From the IMG/VR virus record IMGVR_UViG_3300022555_000013: 64,000 nucleotides of DNA; one strand, given 5' to 3'. Positions 39,346 to 50,013 of this stretch are shown here, piece by piece. Made by a program: the position numbers and the translations under genes. The DNA comes from an uncultured virus (IMG/VR IMGVR_UViG_3300022555_000013). Lineage: Duplodnaviria > Heunggongvirae > Uroviricota > Caudoviricetes. Within the stretch, counting starts at the first letter, position 1. Every line of letters starts with the position of its first letter. The notes beneath the pieces were generated by a model, which was not told where the DNA came from, made no database searches, and was given only the letters and a program-made list of their open reading frames with translations.

Positions 39346-39838
39346 GTGTTTTATTTTTTAATTTGCTATATTTTTCAATTTTCTTTTCACGAACTTCCCT
39401 GATAGAATTTGCAACAAGCCCATTACATTCAGGGCCTAAACCATTTTCAATGCTTTCTGGAACAGTTAATGTGCGACCACACCGACCACACTTACCTGAA
39501 TGATAAATAAGCATGTTGGTACAAACATGATTATTTTCCATCAATTCGTTAAAGAAAACATCAAACATTTTAAATGATTCTGCGGTATTACCAATCGTTG
39601 ACCCCTTAGTAAGTCTAAAATTTCTGGTATCAAAAATTGTTCCTAAATAAGTATATGAATTTTCGTTATCATTGCCAGTCAGTAGTTTTACGAAAAATCG
39701 AGTATCATTGGCATCGTGAGGTTCTGTAATCCTATAGGTGAATCTAACCTCAGAATCAGAATACTTCAGGGTTATAATTGATTTACCAGCAAATAAAAAA
39801 CGCTTAATATCACGGATGGCTGCTATTGGATGTTCCAT
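39332..39838 (-). CDS. DUF6011-like zinc-finger protein
   Basis: FVKLLTGNDNE...YLG; CGRCGRTLTVPESIENGLGPEC. Confidence 0.8.
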   Translation of the reverse strand: MEHPIAAIRDIKRFLFAGKSIITLKYSDSEVRFTYRITEPHDANDTRFFVKLLTGNDNENSYTYLGTIFDTRNFRLTKGSTIGNTAESFKMFDVFFNELMENNHVCTNMLIYHSGKCGRCGRTLTVPESIENGLGPECNGLVANSIREVREKKIEKYSKLKNKTHERI

Positions 39839-39890
39839 ATATTTATGATTTAGACCACAAAGATATAAAACATTTACGAATAAAAAAAAT

Positions 39891-40076
39891 TTATGATGAT
39901 ATTTCTACTTGAAGAATTCCAACTTTTACAGAATGATTCTTGGCTGGCTCAAGTTTAATCTTTGGATCATCAACAAATTTATTATTGACTTGAATTTGCC
40001 TATTAAAAACGAGTTCTTGATACTCTTTTTCATTGATAACCAAGTCTCTACGTTTAAGGTGATTGTATAGTTCCAT
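39891..40076 (-). CDS. small S4-like RNA-binding domain protein
   Basis: ELVFNRQIQVNNKFVDDPKIKL...VKVG resembles the TyrRS C-terminal S4 fold. Confidence 0.5.
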   Translation of the reverse strand: MELYNHLKRRDLVINEKEYQELVFNRQIQVNNKFVDDPKIKLEPAKNHSVKVGILQVEISS

Positions 40077-40138
40077 GAATTTTTTTTTTAGATAGGCAAA
40101 TACCCATCCAAAATCATAGTGTAAAACATTAAAAAAGT

Positions 40139-40774
40139 TTAGACCAATCTCTTTATATCTTTCAATATACGGAGGACTTGTTCTTTATCGTATTCTGGCA
40201 TAATATGATTTTCATCGGTATAGGATATTATCACGTATCCATATCCTATAGAAGTATCATCATCTTTATAAACATTTTGGTAATACATTGTATTTATTCC
40301 ACGATACATATCAAGCCCTTCCAGCGATTTAGGTGAAAAATCGCTTATCCCTATTCGATACAAATCTTTACTATCAGAATGTAAAAAGTTCAGCAACAAT
40401 ATATTTGAAGTTACTGGAAGATTTGGATTATTTGATTCGTGTGTTATTTCACCTTTTTCTGATATTGAAAACATAAAATGCGAAACAATAAACCGTTTAC
40501 TGTAATCATACCTGAAAAAACTCACATAATTTGATTTTGATATTTTAAGAATCATTTGAAACTTAGAATAAAGTTCTATCATATTTTTAAAATCTTCAGA
40601 TTTAATCTTTCTACTATACTCCTTAATAACATCAATTTGGCGATCCAGTAATCCTAATAGATTATGTGTAGACTTTTTAAGTCTTTCTTGCCTATGCTGA
40701 TAACAAAGAAATGCTATAGCAAAAAAAATCATGAAACTAATTTCAATTAAATCTAATATAAATCCTTCCATCAT
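40139..40774 (-). CDS. N-terminal TM plus GAF-like domain protein
   Basis: One TM helix, then YVSFFRY...IGYGYVIISY; paralog of 40771-41475. Confidence 0.6.
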   Translation of the reverse strand: MMEGFILDLIEISFMIFFAIAFLCYQHRQERLKKSTHNLLGLLDRQIDVIKEYSRKIKSEDFKNMIELYSKFQMILKISKSNYVSFFRYDYSKRFIVSHFMFSISEKGEITHESNNPNLPVTSNILLLNFLHSDSKDLYRIGISDFSPKSLEGLDMYRGINTMYYQNVYKDDDTSIGYGYVIISYTDENHIMPEYDKEQVLRILKDIKRLV

Positions 40775-41475
40775 TTCAAATTAATTAATGTCGATATTTT
40801 TATCGATGTTTCTTCCATCTCCTTTGTTTCAGTAGTATTCAATTCACGTTCTGTTTTATAGTATTCAAGTGTTATAAATCCAATTGGGCTATTATCATAA
40901 TCAACTAATAAATATGAATAATATGATTTTATCGATTGAGCTTGTAAATAAACACTTAAAAATGTATCTTGCAAAGTTATCACAGATGGAATTGTAATAT
41001 TTTTCCTTGTGCCGAGTAGTTTAGACCAAAGTGGATTCATACTTAATGGTAAATTTTGCATTTCTTTTATAATCGGCTTGATCTCCAACTCTACGGCTTC
41101 AAAAGTATTACTACATTTTTTAAATTCTATACCCTGAAGATTTTTACCACCATTATGGAATTCATAAATAGAAATTCTATCGGCATTAAACGACCTTAAT
41201 AAATGATACATTAAAATTTGTATTTTGTTGGCATTTTCAGCATAATCCAGAAATTTGCCTGTTAGCTCTTTATTTTCATCATCATTTGTAAGTTTAACCA
41301 TTAATTCATCAATTCTACTATATAAAGAATCGATTTTTTCTTCTTGCTCACGAACCCTTTTGGCTGAGTTACGAATTAGTAATACAGCAATGGCAGAAAA
41401 TAAAATTAATACACCTACGACTATACCATAAGTTTCGAAAATTTTTGGGACATCAAATAGAAGAATTGATAGCAT
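40771..41475 (-). CDS. N-terminal TM plus GAF-like domain protein (T4 holin T-like architecture)
   Basis: TM helix, ADRISIYEFHNGG, PIGFITLEY; late-type promoter upstream. Confidence 0.6.
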   Translation of the reverse strand: MLSILLFDVPKIFETYGIVVGVLILFSAIAVLLIRNSAKRVREQEEKIDSLYSRIDELMVKLTNDDENKELTGKFLDYAENANKIQILMYHLLRSFNADRISIYEFHNGGKNLQGIEFKKCSNTFEAVELEIKPIIKEMQNLPLSMNPLWSKLLGTRKNITIPSVITLQDTFLSVYLQAQSIKSYYSYLLVDYDNSPIGFITLEYYKTERELNTTETKEMEETSIKISTLINLK

Positions 41476-41647
41476 GTTACGAATTTTTTTTCATCTATAT
41501 ATATAAAAAAAAAAAATGAAAATATACTACAGTAAAGGAATTCCACAAATAAATTTTACGTTAATCCACTATATAAATTTTACCAAAATTGTCATATGCT
41601 TAATAATAAGATACTATTGTGGCGTGTAAAATGCCGTCAAAAAAAAA

Positions 41648-42292
41648 TTAATATTTTCGTGTTTTTACACTATAGATATGTGTATCATTATATGTTGGAA
41701 TAATACCAAAAGATTTAGCTGATATAAAAACGTCCTTAAGACACTCATTTGCGGCCCCGCCAACAATAATTACATTCTTACCCTTTAAAGTTGCGAATAA
41801 TTCACACAATTTAGCATTAACAAAAAACCATTTATGATTGTTTCCAATGTATACTAAATATCCACCATCTTTCATCTTAAAAGAATTTCCTTCAACCAAA
41901 GCATTTTTAGCTGAAATATCATTTATTTGCTTTGCGACATCTGGTTCAAAAACGACATTAATCCAATCAAAAAATCCATTAGCAAATTTGGGTGTTCCAT
42001 CCGAATTTTTTATGGAATAGTACTTTTTAATACCAAATTTTTTCTCGTATGCACCTTTTTGATTTGGAAACGTATATGAAGGTTTAGTAGCCCTATTTGA
42101 ATCCCAAATTTGGTACACATCAAACGCCCCGCCATTATTGCCTGTCTGACAATAATTAAAAAGGTTCTGAATATAGTTATTTGGCATAAATTTATTGAAT
42201 GCTGTCTGCACATCAACAATTATTAAAATTCCATCTGACACAGATACGGCTTCATTTAATTCATCAACACGTAGTATTTTCATATCGTTCAT
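41648..42292 (-). CDS. isochorismatase/cysteine hydrolase family protein
   Basis: LIIVDVQ, EKKFG, IVGGAANECL. Confidence 0.75.
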   Translation of the reverse strand: MNDMKILRVDELNEAVSVSDGILIIVDVQTAFNKFMPNNYIQNLFNYCQTGNNGGAFDVYQIWDSNRATKPSYTFPNQKGAYEKKFGIKKYYSIKNSDGTPKFANGFFDWINVVFEPDVAKQINDISAKNALVEGNSFKMKDGGYLVYIGNNHKWFFVNAKLCELFATLKGKNVIIVGGAANECLKDVFISAKSFGIIPTYNDTHIYSVKTRKY

Positions 42293-42304
42293 TTTAGTCT
42301 TTTT

Positions 42305-42730
42305 TTAACTTATTGTAAGCCAGCAATCATAAGCGTCAAATTGCTCATCTCTACTCGATGCGGTTATAGTACCATTCAACTCAGTAATATTTCCACGATC
42401 ATTAATAAAAAGTATCTTTAAAGTCCACTCTTTGCGTGGGCCGTCCCTATCATCTTTTTTTGGTGGAAAATTATAATATCTATTATCAATACTTTCCCAC
42501 TCAATCCCAATTTCATCCAATTTTTTAAAAAATACACTAATTGGTAACCAAGACTCATCAGCATGTCTACCCTTTAAAACTGCTTCAGTTTGATTGTAAA
42601 TAAAAGAGCATGCTCTACTTCTATCCAGACCATTTAAGGGGTTTTTCATTTTAACGCCATTTAAAGGTTTTTTAAGTGCAACAATCCTTGAGTTAGCTGC
42701 AATTTCAAATAGTTTAAAATGTGTAACCAT
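42305..42730 (-). CDS. hypothetical protein (MVTHFKLFE leader)
   Basis: 141 aa after TAATATATA at 42755. Confidence 0.75.
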   Translation of the reverse strand: MVTHFKLFEIAANSRIVALKKPLNGVKMKNPLNGLDRSRACSFIYNQTEAVLKGRHADESWLPISVFFKKLDEIGIEWESIDNRYYNFPPKKDDRDGPRKEWTLKILFINDRGNITELNGTITASSRDEQFDAYDCWLTIS

Positions 42731-42826
42731 ACAAATAAAATTTTAGTTTTTTTCTATATATTAAAATAAAAGAGTAAAAATTTTGTGGAAGTATAAATTA
42801 ATATATACCAAAAAACATTCATAATT

Positions 42827-43579
42827 ATGGCAATGACCATTGACCAATTAGTTGATATAGTGCAAGCAGATTTAACTATTTCAGGATTGATGCCTAAAAT
42901 TTTACCTGATCTGGAAATTATTAGATTGGTAAAGGAAGAAGCACTTGAATGGTTTTATAAAAATTACCAATATGCTCAAATAAAAACATTCTATTTCTTA
43001 GAAAAGGTTTTCTTGGAAACTGAGCAATATCATAGAAATCAATATCTGATTTTACCTCAAGAGGTAGAAAATATCATTAGAATTGTAAAGGTTGATAACC
43101 CAACTATGTTTAGAATGGGTATACAGGCTCCACACCTTTCGATAAATCTTGGGGTAACCAATCAACCATTTCTTACCTCATTCGCCACCACAGCGGGTGA
43201 TTTGGGGGTATATCGATCAGTTATAAGCAACTTCTCTGACCAAATAAACAAAATGACGGCAAACACGTTGAGATTCCAATTTAATCATATAAACAAGCGT
43301 CTAATGTTTATGACATCTGTTGATACTGATATGATGCTTGAGTGCTCTATAAGAATAGAAGAAGAAGAAATTTTTGATCATGTATACTTTAAACAATACA
43401 TGGTTGGGTTATCACAAATGAGATTGGGCCAGGCTGTTGGAAGGTTTAATTTCAATATGCCAGGTAATTTTCAATATAATGCATCTGATATGATTACACA
43501 AGGTAAGGAAAAGATGGATGCTGTAATTGAAAAAGTTAAAGGTGAATCTCAGGTGGCTTGGTTCTTCATGGATAGATAA
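42827..43579 (+). CDS. neck/head-completion protein (T4 gp13-like)
   Basis: 250 aa; EALEWFY, FKQYMVG...LG...GRF...MPG...YNASDMITQG; late promoter at 42799. Confidence 0.65.
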   Translation: MAMTIDQLVDIVQADLTISGLMPKILPDLEIIRLVKEEALEWFYKNYQYAQIKTFYFLEKVFLETEQYHRNQYLILPQEVENIIRIVKVDNPTMFRMGIQAPHLSINLGVTNQPFLTSFATTAGDLGVYRSVISNFSDQINKMTANTLRFQFNHINKRLMFMTSVDTDMMLECSIRIEEEEIFDHVYFKQYMVGLSQMRLGQAVGRFNFNMPGNFQYNASDMITQGKEKMDAVIEKVKGESQVAWFFMDR

Positions 43580-43581
43580 AA

Positions 43582-44976
<1,395 letters not shown>

Positions 44977-44993
44977 ATAAAGTATATATTATT

Positions 44994-45467
44994 TTATCCA
45001 AGTTCATTGGCACTTTCGCCCCAAACAAATCTTGTCTTTTTGGTGTTTTTGATATTTTTGAAAATGATATACTCACCATCAATATTGACATCAAAATTAA
45101 CCAGCTTATAATTACTATCAAGCATTTGTTGGATTCTTTCAACTTGGATGTTAGATTTACTTTCAAAATCTTCAATTTTAAACTTTAGACCATCATTATC
45201 ATTAATATGATCCTTATACTCTGGTAGTCTAAGAAACATCATAATATCAATAACTAACTGACCATATTTACCAGAACCTTTTCTATATTCTCCAAATGGT
45301 TTAATCTTAGCTGCGGCTGAATAATTAACTGAATTGTGATTGCCACCATAATTGGTACCAGCCAATGGGATATATTCTGGGCCGCCACCAGATGGTAAAT
45401 AAAACCCAGTATCTTTAATTTTATTTGCTATTTCTGTGATGAAGTTGCTAAATTTACTAATTACCAT
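44994..45467 (-). CDS. hypothetical protein (MVISKFSNFITE leader)
   Basis: 157 aa. Confidence 0.75.
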   Translation of the reverse strand: MVISKFSNFITEIANKIKDTGFYLPSGGGPEYIPLAGTNYGGNHNSVNYSAAAKIKPFGEYRKGSGKYGQLVIDIMMFLRLPEYKDHINDNDGLKFKIEDFESKSNIQVERIQQMLDSNYKLVNFDVNIDGEYIIFKNIKNTKKTRFVWGESANELG

Positions 45468-46867
45468 TTCTTACCTTTAGTTTTCGGAATTTTAATATCC
45501 GTGGCTGGCATATTATCTAATCCGCCACCTTTCTTATTAGCTGATGAAGATGTATTGAAGTAATTGTTTGTGTCAGTTACAATTCTGACTGTATCATCAA
45601 CTACAGCATTTGCACCCAATTTGCACATTCTTAACACAGAAACTCCAGTAATATTTCCATCAATAAAGCATTGATATAAATAAGAATCGTGTATTTCAGA
45701 ATTTTGATCTATCTTAGTAGCTTGAATTTTTGAACCAATTATGTTTGAATCGATTATTTCACCACCGTGAATAGCACCATTTACAACCTCAGAAGATATG
45801 AAATTACAATCTGTATATCTACCGTTATTAGCTTTACACTCTATAAGATCAATATTTGAGATATCAAATATAACTTTAAGTGTGGCATCGACAAGCTCCA
45901 ACCTATTAGTTAATGTATCAAGATTTATGATACAATCCTTTAAATTATATACATTATGGATCAAATCATAAATTTGTTCATAAACTGTTTCATAATATGC
46001 TTTTAGAACGCCAAATTCATTCACTTTATCAACCTGAATATCGATAGTTGGGAATTGTGCAATAAAATCTTCCAAATTGGTGAACGATTTGAAATTGTTT
46101 ATATTTTCAAATAAATATTCTTTAAGTTTTTCTAAATCATCTTCATCTAACGGGGCTGAAATACAATCCCAGCTTGTTGAAATAAAGTAATCCATAAGCG
46201 TTAATATTTCTGATGTTTTAGTATGATAATCCTTCCCGCCAATATATCTCCACTCCAGCCTACCTTTTTCAATTGTTTTAATATTGATTCCATAATATTT
46301 TGTATCTGGCAATTCCAAATTATTAATCAAAATTCCAATGGCACTTGTATAGTAATCAAACCCCTTAAATGGAATAATAGTCTTTACGCTTTTGGCATAA
46401 ATATTATTTTTTCTTTCTGGAAAATAGTCATAAATGTATTCTTCATCGACTTCCAATATGACTTTCAATTGATTTAATTTATCAATCGTCTTTGTTGTTT
46501 TTTCTTTATCGAATGAAATATTAACGTGTAATGAGCATTTTTCATCTGTTCTGCCATGGACTTGTAAAAACTTAAGTATTTTAAGTAGAATAATCTTAGA
46601 GTTAACATACGGCATCGGCCCCGTAATAAGTTCTACCATATCATACCCACCAGATAAGTCTGGTTCAATTTTGAAATTGCTTTCATCAGGTTTAAATGCC
46701 GAGTGATATTTTCTATATCCAGATACAGTAATAGGAGCCAATTCATTATTCAAAAGTTCGAGCAATTTATAGTATGATTTATCTGTATAAAATTCAAACT
46801 CGAACCCAACAATGGCATTCTTTAGTTTCTCAAAATCATTAATGTACTTGGTTGAAAATACCTTCAT
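45461..46867 (-). CDS. putative amidoligase (COOH-NH2 ligase type) with C-terminal beta-helix
   Basis: GFEFEF, IEPDLS, ELITG, CSLHVNIS, KYYGIN, RLEWR; repetitive I/S/N-rich tail. Confidence 0.75.
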   Translation of the reverse strand: MKVFSTKYINDFEKLKNAIVGFEFEFYTDKSYYKLLELLNNELAPITVSGYRKYHSAFKPDESNFKIEPDLSGGYDMVELITGPMPYVNSKIILLKILKFLQVHGRTDEKCSLHVNISFDKEKTTKTIDKLNQLKVILEVDEEYIYDYFPERKNNIYAKSVKTIIPFKGFDYYTSAIGILINNLELPDTKYYGINIKTIEKGRLEWRYIGGKDYHTKTSEILTLMDYFISTSWDCISAPLDEDDLEKLKEYLFENINNFKSFTNLEDFIAQFPTIDIQVDKVNEFGVLKAYYETVYEQIYDLIHNVYNLKDCIINLDTLTNRLELVDATLKVIFDISNIDLIECKANNGRYTDCNFISSEVVNGAIHGGEIIDSNIIGSKIQATKIDQNSEIHDSYLYQCFIDGNITGVSVLRMCKLGANAVVDDTVRIVTDTNNYFNTSSSANKKGGGLDNMPATDIKIPKTKGKKW

Positions 46868-46918
46868 AGGTAAATATATTTTTTTATAACACTATATATA
46901 TTAAATTTGAAAGTAGAA

Positions 46919-47392
46919 TTATAAATCGAAACGTTTAGTGGTTTTAAGTTGAGCACATTTTTCACAGCCGCACACCCCTGCAATATCATTCATTAATCTA
47001 TCACATCTAAATCCGTCCTTTGCATACTGAATAGCAGTATCATATGTTAAATGACTTGTATTAACATCTGTTGGGATTGAATAATCATCGAGAATAAAAA
47101 AAACCTCAGAGCGGTCAATTTCTCCCCTTTGCCAAAATTCAGCAGTAAACCAGTTTAATGTCTGATCACTGTCAATATCATAATCTGTCATTCCAGTTTC
47201 TAATATTTCATCATTTGGGGTGTTTCCTCGTTTATCAATATAAATTGTATGATATCCATCTGTAACTTGTGCTACAATATCGCCATCCTTATACCAGTAG
47301 GCTTCTTGCCTATCTTCTGATAATTTGGGGGTGTTTATTTTAACCTCAATCTTACTTGATAATACTGCTTCCCATGTTTTTAAATGCTTCAT
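46919..47392 (-). CDS. hypothetical protein (MKHLKTWE ... KRFDL), paralog of 47389-47877
   Basis: Shares PK..E.RQ...WY, .DG.HT, YD.AI..AK..F and CxxC with its neighbour. Confidence 0.8.
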   Translation of the reverse strand: MKHLKTWEAVLSSKIEVKINTPKLSEDRQEAYWYKDGDIVAQVTDGYHTIYIDKRGNTPNDEILETGMTDYDIDSDQTLNWFTAEFWQRGEIDRSEVFFILDDYSIPTDVNTSHLTYDTAIQYAKDGFRCDRLMNDIAGVCGCEKCAQLKTTKRFDL

Positions 47393-47877
47393 AAGTCAAA
47401 TCTTTGTTCTGTCCTAATTTTTTTACACTTTCTACAATCACCCTGATTCATAATATAATCTTCGTCAAAAGATTCCTTTGCGGTTTCAATGGCATCGTCA
47501 TACATTACTGGGACAATACTGACTTCTACGTCTTCATTTGACTCCTCATGATAATATTCAACTAAAAACCAATTATTACGATTAAATCTATCATTACGCC
47601 CAAGTTCGTCAAGATCATTATCAGTCAATTTTAATTCCATCGCTTTCTTAACAGCATCTTCGTTGCCATAACTTTCTCCATCTTCAGTAAAACTAACATC
47701 AATTTCACCTTGGGCACGTATCACAAATGTATGAAAACCATCACTTACAGTTGCAATAGTTTTATCATAATACCAGAATGAACTTTGCCTATTTTCTGCT
47801 ATTTTTGGATATTCGATTTCAACTTTAAACTGTACTGGAATTTCAAATGATTCTTTCCAAAATTTAAGATACTTCAT
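47389..47877 (-). CDS. hypothetical protein (MKYLKFWKE ... QRFDL)
   Basis: 162 aa after TAATATATA at 47896. Confidence 0.8.
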   Translation of the reverse strand: MKYLKFWKESFEIPVQFKVEIEYPKIAENRQSSFWYYDKTIATVSDGFHTFVIRAQGEIDVSFTEDGESYGNEDAVKKAMELKLTDNDLDELGRNDRFNRNNWFLVEYYHEESNEDVEVSIVPVMYDDAIETAKESFDEDYIMNQGDCRKCKKIRTEQRFDL

Positions 47878-47907
47878 AATTGGATATATTTTAGGTATAT
47901 ATTATTT

Positions 47908-48900
47908 TCAAAACCTAAAAATACCTTCAAGTGCGGTTAAGCGTTTATTAATCTTTGGAAGACCAATCGGTTCAAGGAAACGATTTATAATGTTGAGAAA
48001 GCAAACATCGAACTGAGTATCATAATCGATTTTAAGCCCTTCTTTTTCGGTAATTTCTAATGGGTGGAACCCCCTCATATAAGCCAGAATGTTATTCTTT
48101 GGGTGAGTACAATAATAATATTTTACTTTACCACCTTTGATAGTATCATACTTTATTTTATATTCTGAATTCTTATTCAGTAAATAGTTGTGTAATGCAG
48201 CAGCTTTCACTGCAAAGTGGGCACCTTTGACTGTAACAACATCTGTGACATCATCAAGAACTTTTGTATTATAATTACTACAGGATACAGACATTGATAT
48301 GTCTTCTATATCAGCCAGCATAAACCGCTTCTTTAACTCCCTAACTTGTTTAAGAACATTTCGAATAAATGTCGGATCATTATTGGCGGCTTCTTCGGGA
48401 TGAGAAAATAAATATCGTAAAAAGTCATAGATGTTCTCCCTGACAAATAATGGAGTTGATGTTTTAACAATCTCCACCCCCTTAGGATAAAAATATGATA
48501 AATTTTCGTAGAAAATTCCATCTTCCCATGCAACATTATTGATGTAGTGTTTTTTCTGAATGTGAAGAGCCGATCTGTTAATAGTTTCAAGCTCAAAGTC
48601 GTGAATATTCTTTACTCCAAATTTTGCAGCATACTCTTCCAAATATTTAGTAAAAATTCGTTTTACTACAACACGGTCCAAATGCAAAATAAAATCTAAT
48701 TCATCACCAGAATAATTACACGATTCGATCACTGGTGCAAATGAGACATAAAGAGAATTATGCACTAAAATATCATTACCAATAAACGTATGATTATTAT
48801 CATCTACTTCTATATCGTAAACATACTCATCTTCAAATTCACCGATTTGTTCACAAGTTTCAACATCGTCAAAAATATATTCAATATCATTCATATTCAT
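47908..48900 (-). CDS. split-intein C-fragment fused to family B DNA polymerase C-terminal part
   Basis: MNMNDIE...VYDIEV...HTFIGNDILVHN|SLYV (blocks F/G, His-Asn, +1 Ser at 48754-48756); then KKHY, KGVE...TSTP. Confidence 0.92.
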   Translation of the reverse strand: MNMNDIEYIFDDVETCEQIGEFEDEYVYDIEVDDNNHTFIGNDILVHNSLYVSFAPVIESCNYSGDELDFILHLDRVVVKRIFTKYLEEYAAKFGVKNIHDFELETINRSALHIQKKHYINNVAWEDGIFYENLSYFYPKGVEIVKTSTPLFVRENIYDFLRYLFSHPEEAANNDPTFIRNVLKQVRELKKRFMLADIEDISMSVSCSNYNTKVLDDVTDVVTVKGAHFAVKAAALHNYLLNKNSEYKIKYDTIKGGKVKYYYCTHPKNNILAYMRGFHPLEITEKEGLKIDYDTQFDVCFLNIINRFLEPIGLPKINKRLTALEGIFRF

Positions 48901-49039
48901 AAGATTTAATTTTTTCAAGTAATTCATCAACTATGTTATCAATACCCCTATCTTTCAAGTCTTTTTCCCAAACTATAATTATATCTCTAACTTTTGTTCT
49001 TAAAAAATTTAATCGCTCAGCGTCATATTAAAATATCAT
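48887..49039 (-). pseudogene. remnant of a Vsr/DUF559-like homing endonuclease
   Basis: Reads MIF*YDAERLNFLRTKVRDIIIVWEKDLKDRGIDNIVDELLEKIKSYEYE*; overlaps both intein-half genes. Confidence 0.65.
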
Positions 49040-49926
49040 TTATCTTTAATTATAAGAATTTTATCTGTTATTAAAATTTCAGACGGCTTAATTTCTAATT
49101 TTTTTCCATCTCTAAACACAATCATGGAGTGATCGTTAGTAACTATTATTTCCTTCCCAGATTTTGTTTTTAATTTCCATTTGGGTTTAGAAACCTTATG
49201 CCTTATAATTCTTTTCACTGTAGCATAATAAATACCTTTATTTTCGTCCCAATTCAAAATTTTTTCTTTACAATTTACCGATTCATGTCCATTTAATGTA
49301 ATACCAGCGGAACCTTCATGGGTATTTTTATTATATAAATCCTCAATTGTATAATCTCCATCATTCGTGCAAATATTTGATTTACAAAAAATTGAGTCGG
49401 TGTCACCATAAATAATGATTGGTTTATCCTTTGGGATTTGCTGGACATTGCTGAAGTCAGCAACATCCCGCCTAAATTGTATATTATATTCACCTATTGT
49501 TTTATTCTCAGCCGTAAGATCACTTCTAAATATATTTAATTTAGTCAGCATCGCATCGAGCGATTTATGTGGGTAATGAATGTTTGATCCCTCACGATCC
49601 AATAAATAGAATTTACCGTCTTTTTCTGCAATATATTCAACCCCCAGTTTTTGATGTGAAGCGATATCTAAATGCCATTCTTTATAAAAATATGTTTCAA
49701 TTTTCTTAAGCATATAATTGATAACATCCCGACCCATAGCGGTTATAGCATTAGCTATGTGAGAATTTGATAATACAAACTTTGGATGTGCAAAGGCACC
49801 ATAGGTTCCATTAATAACCAATTTTAATGCAAGCTGCATAGCCTTAGCTCTATCATACTCCGCCTGTACTTCGTCTATCTTCTTTTTTAATATAGCTATT
49901 TGTTCTCTTTTCTCTTCACTTATCAT
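49036..49926 (-). CDS. family B DNA polymerase central part fused to split-intein N-fragment
   Basis: Motif B QLALKLVINGTYG, ITAMGR, motif C YGDTD|S; 119-aa IntN from Ser 49393-49395 with block B VTNDH; AAAC-N18-TATAAT at 49950-49977. Confidence 0.93.
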   Translation of the reverse strand: MISEEKREQIAILKKKIDEVQAEYDRAKAMQLALKLVINGTYGAFAHPKFVLSNSHIANAITAMGRDVINYMLKKIETYFYKEWHLDIASHQKLGVEYIAEKDGKFYLLDREGSNIHYPHKSLDAMLTKLNIFRSDLTAENKTIGEYNIQFRRDVADFSNVQQIPKDKPIIIYGDTDSIFCKSNICTNDGDYTIEDLYNKNTHEGSAGITLNGHESVNCKEKILNWDENKGIYYATVKRIIRHKVSKPKWKLKTKSGKEIIVTNDHSMIVFRDGKKLEIKPSEILITDKILIIKDK

Positions 49927-50013
49927 TAATATCCTCTTTCTTTTTCTTAATTATATCACTTTAACACCAAATTGTTTCTTTTTTTGCTCGTAAAAAATAA
50001 TATATACATCAAT

